Assembly (NCBI GenBank): GCA_030619925.1
Contig: JAUXAL010000008.1
Span: 1,509 to 65,508 of the forward strand
Direction: 5' to 3'
Source of the DNA: Phycisphaerae bacterium
Lineage (GTDB): Bacteria > Planctomycetota > Phycisphaerae > Sedimentisphaerales > Anaerobacaceae
DNA length: 64,000 nt
The notes below the pieces were generated by a model. That model was given only the letters and a program-made list of their open reading frames with translations, ran no database searches and was not told the origin of the DNA. Below, in pieces: positions 26,405 to 35,397 of this stretch (position 1 is its first letter; the number at the start of each line of letters is the position of its first letter). The translations under genes and the position numbers were made by a program.

Positions 26405-29400
26405 TCATGCCCGCCTTCGGTGGGCGAACTCTTTCATTGCACAATACAGAACCGGCACGACGAGCATCGTAAGTACTTCAATCGTCATTCCTCCAAAGGA
26501 AGGTATTGCCATCGGCACCATAATATCAGAACCCCTTCCGGTCGAGGTAAGCACGGGGATAAGCGCCAGGACCGTTGTGGCGGTTGTCATAAGACAGGGA
26601 CGAATTCTGCGAGTACCAGCCTCAACCACGGCCCGGCGGATCTGAGCAACTCCACGGGGCTTTTGGGCCTGGAACGACTGCCTGAGATACGTACACATCA
26701 CAACGCCATCGTCGGATGCAATCCCGAACAGCGCCAGAAACCCGACCCAGATAGCGACGCTGAGATTAATCGTGTGCACGTCGAACAGCTCCCGCATATT
26801 CACCCCGAACACGCCGAAGTTCAGGAACCACTCCCGGCTGTACAGCCATATCATTAAGAATCCGCCCGACCATGCGACAATTATCCCCGAAAATATCAGC
26901 AGGCTGGTCACGGTGGATTTGAAATGGAAATAGAGAATTATGAATATGATAAAAAGGGCCAAGGGTATAACTACGGAGAGTGTTTTCTGTGCGCGAATCT
27001 GATTTTCATAGCTGCCGGCAAAGACATAACTGGTTCCTCTGAGGTTTAGTCCGGGCAGAGAGTCAATCTTCTGCTCGGTAAGGGTGCGGCCTTGTTTTGC
27101 TGCTGTTTCCGAGGCATCCTCAAAAGCCTTGCTAAATGTTTCGGCTTGATGTTTGAGATACCGCTGACATTCTTCGACGACGTCAACCTCGGCGTGCCCG
27201 GGCTTCATATCAAAGAGTACGTAACCGACAAGAAATGTGTCCTCGCTCTTTATGGCCTGAGGACCACGCACATAGCGAATTTCCGCCAATTGGATAAGTG
27301 GTATCTGGGCCCCATCGGCTGATGGAACTAAAATCTTGCCTAACGTTTCGACCTGGTCCCGCAATTCGCGCACGTATCTGACTCTTACGCCGAATCGCTC
27401 GCGTCCCTCAACGGTTGTAGTAATGCGCCTGCCCCCTATCGCAACCTCAATAACATCCTGAACCTGCCCGATATTCATTCCATACCGCGCTATGGCCTGG
27501 CGGTTTATATCAATCTCCAGGTAGGGCTTGCCTACGATCCGGTCGGCAATTACAGCGGCCGGCTCTACACTGGGAACTTCCTTGAGAAAGCGCTCGATTT
27601 CCAGGCCAACCCGATCGATTGTGTTGAGGTCCGGCCCCTTGATCTTGACGCCCATCGGCGCGCGCATACCGCTCTGGAGCATTACTATTCGCGCGGCGAT
27701 AGGCTGCAGCTTGGGCGCACTGGTGGTGCCGGGAATCTTAGCGGCATTTACTATTTCGTCCCAGATATCATCCGGGTTCTTAATATGTTCTCGCCATTGT
27801 CTAAAGGGTCTGCCGTATTTGTCGCGTATGAGTTCGTTTTGGTCATCGCGGATAAATTCGCCGGCCTTTTTGTCGTATCTAAAGCGAATACGATGCCCGT
27901 CTTTGTCGGTCAGGTACTCCGGCTTGTAATTGATGACAGTTTCAATCATCGATATCGGGGCAGGATCAAGAGGCGACTCGACGCGGCCAATTTTTCCCAC
28001 TACCGAGTCGATCTCGGGGATGGACTGCAGGGCTATGTCCTGCTTTTGCAGGACGTCCAGACATTCTCCAATTGAGGCATGGGGCATAGTTGTCGGCATA
28101 TACAGAAATGAGCCCTCATCCAAAGGCGGCATAAATTCCTTGCCGAGTCCGGGAAAACTGTGCACCGCAGCAAACCACAATCTGTTCGACTTCAACTTCT
28201 CCGGCACAAAGAAAAAGACTCTGCCAAACCCAAGCCACACCATCAAAGCCACAACAACGACTACGCTGGGAATCGATAAGAACGCCGTCTTATGCCTGAG
28301 GCACCAGCCCAAAATGGCCGGATAGAACTTCTGGAAAACCTTGAAAAACGACAGCAGCCCACCAATCAGGAGAACGACAAACACGAGATTTCGCACTAAA
28401 CCTTTATCCGAGCCCAACGGCAGCCAGTGGCTGGCAAGTATTACGCCAACTGTGACCACTGCCGCGGCATTGGCAATCAGGGGCAGGAAACTGTTCACTC
28501 TCTTTGGGATGTAGTCTCTTGAGAGATGATAAAACCCGATTGCGCCGATGAGAACACCTATCCACCAGGTAAGCCGGAAAGCTGCTATAACAGCGACGAC
28601 AATTAATAATCCGCCCAATATGTATCGATTCAGTTTTTTGAGAGCGGCTTTTCTTGTGAACAGGATGTGGGCGGCCGGCGGGATTATGGTTAAAGCGACT
28701 ATTACCGAAGCGATTAAAGCAAAGGTCTTGGTAAATGCCAGCGGCTTGAAGAGCTTGCCTTCCGCCCCGGTCATCGTGAAAACCGGCAAAAAGCTGACGA
28801 TGGTAGTCGAGACGGCCGTTAGGACTGCACCGCCGACCTCGCTGGTCGCCTTGAAAACGACCTCGAGCTTGTTATCGTCCGGTGCTGCTTCGTCGAGGTG
28901 CTTTAGGATATTTTCACAAATGATTATGCCCATATCGACCATTGTGCCGATGGCAATCGCAATGCCCGACAGCGCCACGATATTTGCATCGACGCCGAAG
29001 GTCTTCATTGCGATAAAGCACATCAGCACGGCCAAAGGGAGCAGGCCGCTGATGAGTACCGAGCTTCTGAGATGCACCACCAAAACGATAACCACGATGA
29101 TTGTAACGAGAATTTCCTCGGTCAGAGCTGTGTTCAATGTGCCTAAAGTTTCGTAAATAAGGCCTGTGCGATCATAGAAGGGGACGATTGTCACCTGGGA
29201 AACCGTGCCGTCGGGCAGGGTTTTTTTGTCAAGTCCCGGCGATATCTCTTCGATCTTCTTTTTTACATTTTGGATGGCTTCAAGGGGATTATAGCCGTAG
29301 CGTACAACCACCACACCGCCGACGGCCTCGGCTCCACCCTTGTCCAGCGCGCCTCGCCGCAGTGCAGGCCCGTATGACACCTTCGCTATATCTTTAATGT

Positions 29401-30265
29401 AGACCGGGACATTCTCGTTAACCTTTATTACGGACATTTCTATGTCTGAAAGGTCCTCGATAAAGCCCAGGCCACGAATTACATACTCGACTCTATTAAT
29501 CTCAATCGTCCTGGCTCCGACGTCAATGTTGGACATCTTGACCGCCATAAATATTTCGTCCAAGCCAACGTTGTAGGCTCGCATCGCGTCGGGGTCCACG
29601 TCAATCTGATACTCTTTAACAAAACCACCCACGGAGGCTACTTCACTTATGCCCTCGGCAGAGAGCAAGGCATAGCGCACATACCAGTCCTGGACAGTCC
29701 GCAGCTCGTCCAGACCCCACCCTCCGGTCGGATTGCCTTGCTCATCTCGACCTTCGAGCGTATACCAGAAGATTTGTCCCAGTGCAGTTGCATCAGGCCC
29801 CAGAGCGGGCTGGACTTCTGCGGGCAGTGAACCGGTGGGTAAGCTGTTGAGCTTCTCCAGGACCCTGCTTCGTGACCAGTAGAAATCCACATCGTCCTCG
29901 AAGATAATGTAAATCGAGGAGAAACCAAAAAATGAGTAACTGCGAATAGTCCTGACCCCGGGAATACCCAGAAGCGAGACGGTCAGAGGATATGATATTT
30001 GGTCTTCCACATCCTGTGGCGAACGACCCATCCATTGGGTAAAGACTATCTGCTGGTTTTCCCCGATGTCCGGTATCGCATCGACCGGCACAGGGTCGCG
30101 AGGCAGACCCCAAAGGTCCCAGTCAAATGGGGCAACCATGACACCCCATCCGAGGAACATTATTACTAAAAGTCCCACAATCAGCTTATTCTCAAGGCAA
30201 AATCGTATTACCTTGTCTATCGGCGATTGTTTCTGAGCAAGCAGTCCGTCCATAATTTCATTCAC
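26405..30265 (-). CDS. cusA: CusA/CzcA-family heavy-metal efflux RND transporter
   Basis: 1286-aa ORF with 12-TM RND architecture and two large periplasmic loops. It is clustered with a CusB-like adaptor, a YHS protein and CsoR. Confidence 0.8.
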   Translation of the reverse strand: MNEIMDGLLAQKQSPIDKVIRFCLENKLIVGLLVIMFLGWGVMVAPFDWDLWGLPRDPVPVDAIPDIGENQQIVFTQWMGRSPQDVEDQISYPLTVSLLGIPGVRTIRSYSFFGFSSIYIIFEDDVDFYWSRSRVLEKLNSLPTGSLPAEVQPALGPDATALGQIFWYTLEGRDEQGNPTGGWGLDELRTVQDWYVRYALLSAEGISEVASVGGFVKEYQIDVDPDAMRAYNVGLDEIFMAVKMSNIDVGARTIEINRVEYVIRGLGFIEDLSDIEMSVIKVNENVPVYIKDIAKVSYGPALRRGALDKGGAEAVGGVVVVRYGYNPLEAIQNVKKKIEEISPGLDKKTLPDGTVSQVTIVPFYDRTGLIYETLGTLNTALTEEILVTIIVVIVLVVHLRSSVLISGLLPLAVLMCFIAMKTFGVDANIVALSGIAIAIGTMVDMGIIICENILKHLDEAAPDDNKLEVVFKATSEVGGAVLTAVSTTIVSFLPVFTMTGAEGKLFKPLAFTKTFALIASVIVALTIIPPAAHILFTRKAALKKLNRYILGGLLIVVAVIAAFRLTWWIGVLIGAIGFYHLSRDYIPKRVNSFLPLIANAAAVVTVGVILASHWLPLGSDKGLVRNLVFVVLLIGGLLSFFKVFQKFYPAILGWCLRHKTAFLSIPSVVVVVALMVWLGFGRVFFFVPEKLKSNRLWFAAVHSFPGLGKEFMPPLDEGSFLYMPTTMPHASIGECLDVLQKQDIALQSIPEIDSVVGKIGRVESPLDPAPISMIETVINYKPEYLTDKDGHRIRFRYDKKAGEFIRDDQNELIRDKYGRPFRQWREHIKNPDDIWDEIVNAAKIPGTTSAPKLQPIAARIVMLQSGMRAPMGVKIKGPDLNTIDRVGLEIERFLKEVPSVEPAAVIADRIVGKPYLEIDINRQAIARYGMNIGQVQDVIEVAIGGRRITTTVEGRERFGVRVRYVRELRDQVETLGKILVPSADGAQIPLIQLAEIRYVRGPQAIKSEDTFLVGYVLFDMKPGHAEVDVVEECQRYLKHQAETFSKAFEDASETAAKQGRTLTEQKIDSLPGLNLRGTSYVFAGSYENQIRAQKTLSVVIPLALFIIFIILYFHFKSTVTSLLIFSGIIVAWSGGFLMIWLYSREWFLNFGVFGVNMRELFDVHTINLSVAIWVGFLALFGIASDDGVVMCTYLRQSFQAQKPRGVAQIRRAVVEAGTRRIRPCLMTTATTVLALIPVLTSTGRGSDIMVPMAIPSFGGMTIEVLTMLVVPVLYCAMKEFAHRRRA

Positions 30266-30317
30266 TAAACCTGAACCAAAAAACGAAGTGCCTAAAGTGT
30301 AGTTTTTGTTTAAGGTT

Positions 30318-30436
30318 GTCGATGCTCGTATCGATGCTTGTCATAGAAGCTTGAAACTCGCTTTTCTTCGAGCATCCAACGTCGAGCTTCCAGTTCCGAT
30401 ACCAGCTTCGACACCGACAAACAAGCTTCTACAACT
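30318..30436. repeat. low-complexity leader with 7/14-nt periodicity upstream of cusA
   Basis: Units such as ttcgagc atccaac gtcgagc ttccagt tccgata ccagctt cgacacc gacaaac read in a fixed 7-nt register. Confidence 0.5.
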
Positions 30437-30517
30437 GGGCAACTTTTGCTCACTTTAGCTCAGTGCTGCACCCACAATGGTATTACTTCGGCGCCATTAC
30501 GTTTTCTCCTGCCCAGC

Positions 30518-30874
30518 TTACTGCTTGAACTGGGGCAGCTTCGCAATATACTTTTCAGGCTCTTCTTCAAATTTCTCCTTGCAGGGAGAACAACAGAAGT
30601 AAACCTTCTTGCCTTTATACTCGGTGAAAATGGCCTTGTTGATGGCACCACCCATAACTGGACAGGTGGTCTGCTCTACTACGGTAGCAACTGCCTCTGC
30701 CGATTCGTCCATCATAGCCATTTGTTCATGCCCCTGCATTTCCTGCATCCTTTCAGCAGGTGTCTCGGGGGAGGCCGGCTCAGACTTCTTGCAGCCGTTC
30801 AGCGCAATCAGTCCTACAATTAACAGGCCTGCCAGCAAAACAACCATCTCAAATTGTTTCGTTTTGTTGTTCAT
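30518..30874 (-). CDS. lipoprotein with Met/His-rich segment and C-terminal YHS domain
   Basis: Lipobox LIALNGC, MQEMQGHEQMAMMDE, then TTCPVMGGAINKAIFTEYKGKKVYFCCSPCKEKFEEEPEKY (YHS/TRASH-type). Confidence 0.75.
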   Translation of the reverse strand: MNNKTKQFEMVVLLAGLLIVGLIALNGCKKSEPASPETPAERMQEMQGHEQMAMMDESAEAVATVVEQTTCPVMGGAINKAIFTEYKGKKVYFCCSPCKEKFEEEPEKYIAKLPQFKQ

Positions 30875-30900
30875 TTTATTGCCCTTTCAAAATTAGGTTC

Positions 30901-32643
30901 TCAATCTTTCTTTTTGAATTGCGGCAGCTTGGCCAGGTACTTGTCCGGATCCTTCTCAAATTCCGGCTTGCAGCCGGGGCAGCAGAAATACACCTTCTTG
31001 CCTTTGTACATAGTGAAGAGGTCCTTGTCGATTGGCAGACCCATTACGGGACAGGTTGTCTGCTGGCCAATTTCATCTGCCGATAGCTCTGCTTTGGTTT
31101 CTGCGCCGCGATGATGACTCGCCGCTCCGGGCCCTCGTGGATTCATCATACTTGGCTTTGCCTGAATCTGCATAGCAGAGTCAATCTTGAAATTGCCGTT
31201 GGTTACAACAATTTCGCCTTCTTCTAATCCGGATTTTACAATATAGTAATCACCCACTCTGGGCCCAAGCACTACTTCTCTACCCTCATAAGTTGGTTTG
31301 TCCGCGTCGGCCTGCCGGACGTAAACCACCGCACGCTTTCCCGTAATCAAAGCTGCTGAGGCGGGAATAACCAGAGGAGCTTCGCCGGCGGCATCAACCT
31401 TGACATAGCCGAGCGATTCGGTGGTCACCAGATCCATACCGCAGATATCACAGGTGCCCGGCTGGTCTTTGACAACAGATGGATGCATCGGACAAATCCA
31501 CTTGCCTTCCATCTCAGCGTCCATCACCATACCTCCCTGGGCGACTTTTGCCCGCACCACCGCTCTGACAAACATCTCAGGCTTAAGCTTGCCGTCAGGG
31601 TTCTCAATATTGACCCGCAGCTTAACCGTTCTGGTCTTGGCATTGAGCACTGGGTCTCTAAAGCTTATTCTCCCTTTGAACACATCGCCCGGATACGCCT
31701 CGGTCGTAAATTCAACCTCTTGCCCGTATCGAATCCAGGGCAAATCGGATTCGTAAGCATCCAGTTTGACCCACAGCCGCGAGAGGTCTGCGACAGTGTA
31801 AATAGGTGTGCCCGTGTCGACGTACATACCTTCGGTGGCCTTTTTGTCGATGACTATCCCGCCCATAGGTGAATAGATTGTTATGTGTGTGACGGGCTCG
31901 CCGGAGTTCTCAATCCTGTCAATCTGGTCAGCGGCAAGGCCAAGCAGGCGTAGTTTTTCTCTGGCTGCCTTAAGTGTGGCAAAAGTGACCCTGGTAACAA
32001 GGTCAGAAGTTTCGGTCCTAATGTTGCCGGCGGCCCTTGAAGCCTGCAGCAGTTCGGCCTGGGCGCTGATTAGCTCGGGACTGTAAAGCTCGACCATATG
32101 GTCGCCCTTGCTAACCGTGATGCCGGTAAAATCCACGTAAAGGCGGTCGATTCTGCCGGGCACCCAGGCGGTAATATATTTGACCCGCGTTTCGTCAAAA
32201 TCGATTTTCCCGACCATTTGGATCTCGGCCGTAACAAACTTCCTCTCGGCCCGTGTAGTCTCAATCTCCATCAGCTTAATAGCCGCTTCGGAGAAGGAAA
32301 TCTGCCTTTCACCAACCACACCATCTTCAGTAGCTATCGGTATTAAATCCATAAAACAAATCGGGCACTTGCCCGGCTTTGGCTGGCGAATCTGCGGGTG
32401 CATCGAACAGGTCCACCACGTCTGTTCTTGCGTAACACCCTGCCGGCCGGGATGTTCGTGCTCTGCGCCGGCGGGGTGTTGTGAAAGTGATTTGAAAAGA
32501 TACCCCGCCACAAATGCAATAATTGCTATAAGTGCAATCTTAGCGGCCGTGCTGCGAAGCCATAATTTCTTTCCCCTGCTTTCCATGGCTAATATACCTT
32601 TCTTATATGATGTTACCTCTTTTGCAAGAACATTGTTCAGCAT
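30901..32643 (-). CDS. cusB: efflux RND periplasmic adaptor (CusB-like) with two heavy-metal-binding modules and a C-terminal YHS domain
   Basis: WTCSMHPQIRQPKPGKCPICFMDL and WICPMHPSVVKDQPGTCDICGMDL modules, membrane-fusion-protein core, C-terminal TTCPVMGLPIDKDLFTMYKGKKVYFCCPGCKPEF. Alternative start at 32586 (MESRGKK). Confidence 0.8.
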   Translation of the reverse strand: MLNNVLAKEVTSYKKGILAMESRGKKLWLRSTAAKIALIAIIAFVAGYLFKSLSQHPAGAEHEHPGRQGVTQEQTWWTCSMHPQIRQPKPGKCPICFMDLIPIATEDGVVGERQISFSEAAIKLMEIETTRAERKFVTAEIQMVGKIDFDETRVKYITAWVPGRIDRLYVDFTGITVSKGDHMVELYSPELISAQAELLQASRAAGNIRTETSDLVTRVTFATLKAAREKLRLLGLAADQIDRIENSGEPVTHITIYSPMGGIVIDKKATEGMYVDTGTPIYTVADLSRLWVKLDAYESDLPWIRYGQEVEFTTEAYPGDVFKGRISFRDPVLNAKTRTVKLRVNIENPDGKLKPEMFVRAVVRAKVAQGGMVMDAEMEGKWICPMHPSVVKDQPGTCDICGMDLVTTESLGYVKVDAAGEAPLVIPASAALITGKRAVVYVRQADADKPTYEGREVVLGPRVGDYYIVKSGLEEGEIVVTNGNFKIDSAMQIQAKPSMMNPRGPGAASHHRGAETKAELSADEIGQQTTCPVMGLPIDKDLFTMYKGKKVYFCCPGCKPEFEKDPDKYLAKLPQFKKKD

Positions 32644-32779
32644 TATTTAATGAAGCATAGCATAGATAGTCTTGAAGCGTTTGCAAATTATTTGTGTCGC
32701 TCGGCTGCTGCGAGGCCCAGACAGACGGTATAAAGACAAGCAGAAGCGCCACCATAGTCAGAACGGCTTGCACCTTCAT
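32603..32779 (-). CDS. possible 58-aa secreted Cys-containing peptide (below the ORF-track cutoff)
   Basis: Hand-translated: MKVQAVLTMVALLLVFIPSVWASQQPSDTNNLQTLQDYLCYASLNNAEQCSCKRGNII. There is a GGGGG-rich RBS upstream, and the ORF ends 17 nt before the alternative cusB start. Confidence 0.3.
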   Translation of the reverse strand: MKVQAVLTMVALLLVFIPSVWASQQPSDTNNLQTLQDYLCYASLNNAEQCSCKRGNII

Positions 32780-32862
32780 ATTCTTACCCCCTTAAATTGT
32801 ACTGTATAACCATCTCATTATACATCGGGAAAATTCGCGTCTGCGCACCAAAAAACCAACCT

Positions 32863-32877
32863 TACCCCTGCAGGGTT
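32863..32877. promoter_or_regulatory. second, imperfect CsoR-box-like palindrome upstream of the efflux genes
   Basis: TACCCCTGCAGGGTT, half-sites resembling the perfect palindrome at 33230-33246. Confidence 0.4.
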
Positions 32878-32916
32878 GAGAGCTGCCATGGTGAATCGCT
32901 TTTCTATGACCATATT

Positions 32917-33222
32917 CTATCCCCTGCGCGTTTGATGTATCAGTTTGACAATTTCATCCAGCTTTTGCTGTTTTTCTTTTTCAGAGCTTCCTCTTACGGC
33001 TTGGGTTACACAGTGTTGAAAGTGCTTTTCTAAAATCCTCTCTTCTACCCTGCCAAGGGCACCTTTGATGGCATATATCTGATTTAGAATATCAATACAG
33101 TATTTACGGTCTTCGATCATTCTTTGAACGCCGCGAACCTGCCCCTCAATTCGCCTTAATGCAACCAGGTTGTCCTTATGACTTGGATTTTTTTTCATTT
33201 CTTGTCCCTTTTGTATCTGCAC
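32917..33222 (-). CDS. csoR: CsoR/RcnR-family metal-sensing repressor
   Basis: LRRIEGQVRGVQRMIEDRKYCIDILNQIYAIKGAL...HFQHC pattern (C-H-C ligand set of CsoR). The likely true start is the internal ATG at 33198 (MKKNPSH). Confidence 0.8.
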   Translation of the reverse strand: MQIQKGQEMKKNPSHKDNLVALRRIEGQVRGVQRMIEDRKYCIDILNQIYAIKGALGRVEERILEKHFQHCVTQAVRGSSEKEKQQKLDEIVKLIHQTRRG

Positions 33223-33229
33223 TCCTGTT

Positions 33230-33246
33230 ATACCCCCTGGGGGTAT
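33230..33246. promoter_or_regulatory. putative CsoR operator (perfect 17-bp palindrome)
   Basis: ATACCCCCTGGGGGTAT lies between a TTGAAC and a TATAAC hexamer on the csoR strand. G/C-tract pseudopalindromes of the TACCC...GGGTA type are known CsoR operators. Confidence 0.6.
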
Positions 33247-33286
33247 GTTATGTTCAAAAAAAATAATCTTTTTTCACAATTCAGGC

Positions 33287-34417
33287 CTAAGCTGCTGTTT
33301 TTGGGGATATTGTACCACCTGCGATGATATTATCATTGCTGTCATAAAGCACGAGTTTTTGGCCGGGGCACGGTGCAAATTGAGCCTGGTCAAATTCAAC
33401 GGTGATATGTTCTCGGCTTGCATTAACAACTTTGCATGGCTGAGGGTCGCCATACGAGCGAATCTTGCCATAAACCTGCCTGCCGATAACCAGCTCTTCA
33501 GGTATAAGAACATTTATCTGATTTGCCCTTATAGTGCGGGAACTCACTTCCTCTCTGGTGCCCAGGGCGATGGTATTTGTCTCTGCATCTATTCTGCCCA
33601 CATAGAGCGGCTGACCGCCGGCGAAACCAACACCTCGTCTTTGGCCAAGCGTGTAATTGGCAATTCCTGTATGTGTGGCTATCTTGTTGCCCTGCATATC
33701 TGTTATGTCGCCATGCTGATTGGCTTCATCGCCAGTCAAAGCTGCCCGATAGTCGCCTTCTCCGGCAAAACATAATTCCATGCTTTCCGGTTTGTCGGCA
33801 ACGCTCAGGTTCAGTTGCGCGGCAATCGAGCGGACATGCTCTTTTGTCAGTTTCCCTAAAGGAAGAACAAATCTCGGGAGTTTTTCCGAAGCGATACCGT
33901 ACAGAAAATAGCTTTGGTCCTTGGCCTTATCTTCCGCTCTGCTGAGGCGTACTTGTCCGCCGGTTTCGGTAACCCGCGCATAATGACCCGTGGCAAGATG
34001 GCTAATCTCAAATGCTTCCTCCAAAAAATCCCAAACCAGTGAGAATTTCAGCAGTGTATTGCAGTCGACACAGGGATTTGGAGTTTGGCCTTTTGCGTAG
34101 GATCGGCGGAATGGTTCAATTATGAGCTGCTCGAAGGCTTCGGTAACATCAACAAAGTAGTGGGGTATGTCTAACTCATTGCAGACAAATGCCGCATCAG
34201 CTCCGCAGCAGCGGCGACTGCTTGAGCTGCACGAGACAGGAATCTTCATTGTGATACCCAGTACATCCCAGCCGTCTTCCTTGAGCAAATGTGCAGCGAC
34301 ACTGCTGTCCACGCCGCCGCTCATTAACACCGCTATTTGCTTCGAACGCGCCTTCTTAGGCGACCAGGCCGAGAAACTTGGTGGCAGCAGCTCGATGTTG
34401 TATTTGCCGACCGTCAT
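33287..34417 (-). CDS. mnmA: tRNA 2-thiouridine(34) synthase MnmA
   Basis: VLMSGGVDSSVAAHLL PP-loop, CNTLLKF and ATGHYAR motifs, 376 aa. Confidence 0.9.
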   Translation of the reverse strand: MTVGKYNIELLPPSFSAWSPKKARSKQIAVLMSGGVDSSVAAHLLKEDGWDVLGITMKIPVSCSSSSRRCCGADAAFVCNELDIPHYFVDVTEAFEQLIIEPFRRSYAKGQTPNPCVDCNTLLKFSLVWDFLEEAFEISHLATGHYARVTETGGQVRLSRAEDKAKDQSYFLYGIASEKLPRFVLPLGKLTKEHVRSIAAQLNLSVADKPESMELCFAGEGDYRAALTGDEANQHGDITDMQGNKIATHTGIANYTLGQRRGVGFAGGQPLYVGRIDAETNTIALGTREEVSSRTIRANQINVLIPEELVIGRQVYGKIRSYGDPQPCKVVNASREHITVEFDQAQFAPCPGQKLVLYDSNDNIIAGGTISPKTAA

Positions 34418-34431
34418 TACCTCTGAAAATC

Positions 34432-35352
34432 CTAATAGAAAAGTTCCGTACTCAAATACCTCTCGCCCGTATCAGGCAATACCACAACAACGAGTTTGTC
34501 GGTATTTGCCTTTCGCCTGGCTATCTTGACCGCCGCAGCCACAGCAGCCCCGGATGATATTCCTGACAGGATGCCTTCGGCCCTGGCCAGACGTTTTGCC
34601 ATGCTGAACGCCTCCTGATTTCCTATTTGAACGATCTCGTCAACAACTTCCATATTTAAAACGTCTGGAACAAAGCCGGCTCCGATTCCTTGAATCATAT
34701 GCGGACAAGGTCTGCCGCCGGAAAGTACCGGAGAGGCGGAAGGCTCAACAGCCACGATCTCGACAGAGGGCTTTCGCGATTTTAGCGTTTCGCCGACACC
34801 GGTAATCGTTCCGCCGGTACCTACGCCGGCAATAAAAATATCCACCAAACCGTCCGTATCCTTCCAGACTTCTTCGGCGGTAGTCTCCCTGTGTATCTGG
34901 GGGTTTGCAGGATTTTCAAACTGCTGCGGCATAAAAGCACCGTCGGTTTCTTTGAGAATCTCGCCGGCTTTGTTTATTGCGCCCCTCATACCTTCTTCAG
35001 CGGGTGTAAGCACAAGCTTTGCACCAAGCAGTTCCAGTATCTTTCTGCGTTCGGTTGTCATCGATTCCGGCATAGTCAAAATCAGCTTGTAACCCCTCGC
35101 TGCCGCGACCCACGCAAGGGCAATGCCGGTGTTACCGCTGGTCGGCTCCACGATGACGGTTCCAGGTTTGATTTTGCCTCGGCGTTCGGCGTCCAATACC
35201 ATGCTTACACCAATGCGGTCCTTGACGTTACTGGCTGGATTGAAAAACTCTAATTTACCTGCTATCCTTGCCTTACAGTCCTGGCCTATTTTGCTCAGCC
35301 ATACTAATGGTGTCTTGCCAATCAGCTCTGTCATATCTTTCGCTATATTCAT
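34432..35352 (-). CDS. cysK: cysteine synthase (O-acetylserine sulfhydrylase family)
   Basis: [16 protein letters not shown] (PLP lysine), [20 protein letters not shown] motifs, 306 aa. Confidence 0.85.
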   Translation of the reverse strand: MNIAKDMTELIGKTPLVWLSKIGQDCKARIAGKLEFFNPASNVKDRIGVSMVLDAERRGKIKPGTVIVEPTSGNTGIALAWVAAARGYKLILTMPESMTTERRKILELLGAKLVLTPAEEGMRGAINKAGEILKETDGAFMPQQFENPANPQIHRETTAEEVWKDTDGLVDIFIAGVGTGGTITGVGETLKSRKPSVEIVAVEPSASPVLSGGRPCPHMIQGIGAGFVPDVLNMEVVDEIVQIGNQEAFSMAKRLARAEGILSGISSGAAVAAAVKIARRKANTDKLVVVVLPDTGERYLSTELFY

Positions 35353-35397
35353 TTCTCGACCTTCTAAAATTATGTCATAAAGCGGATTAAGGAACAG

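Noticed and set aside
33245-33775. 176-aa plus-strand ORF
   Set aside because: It is antisense to mnmA.
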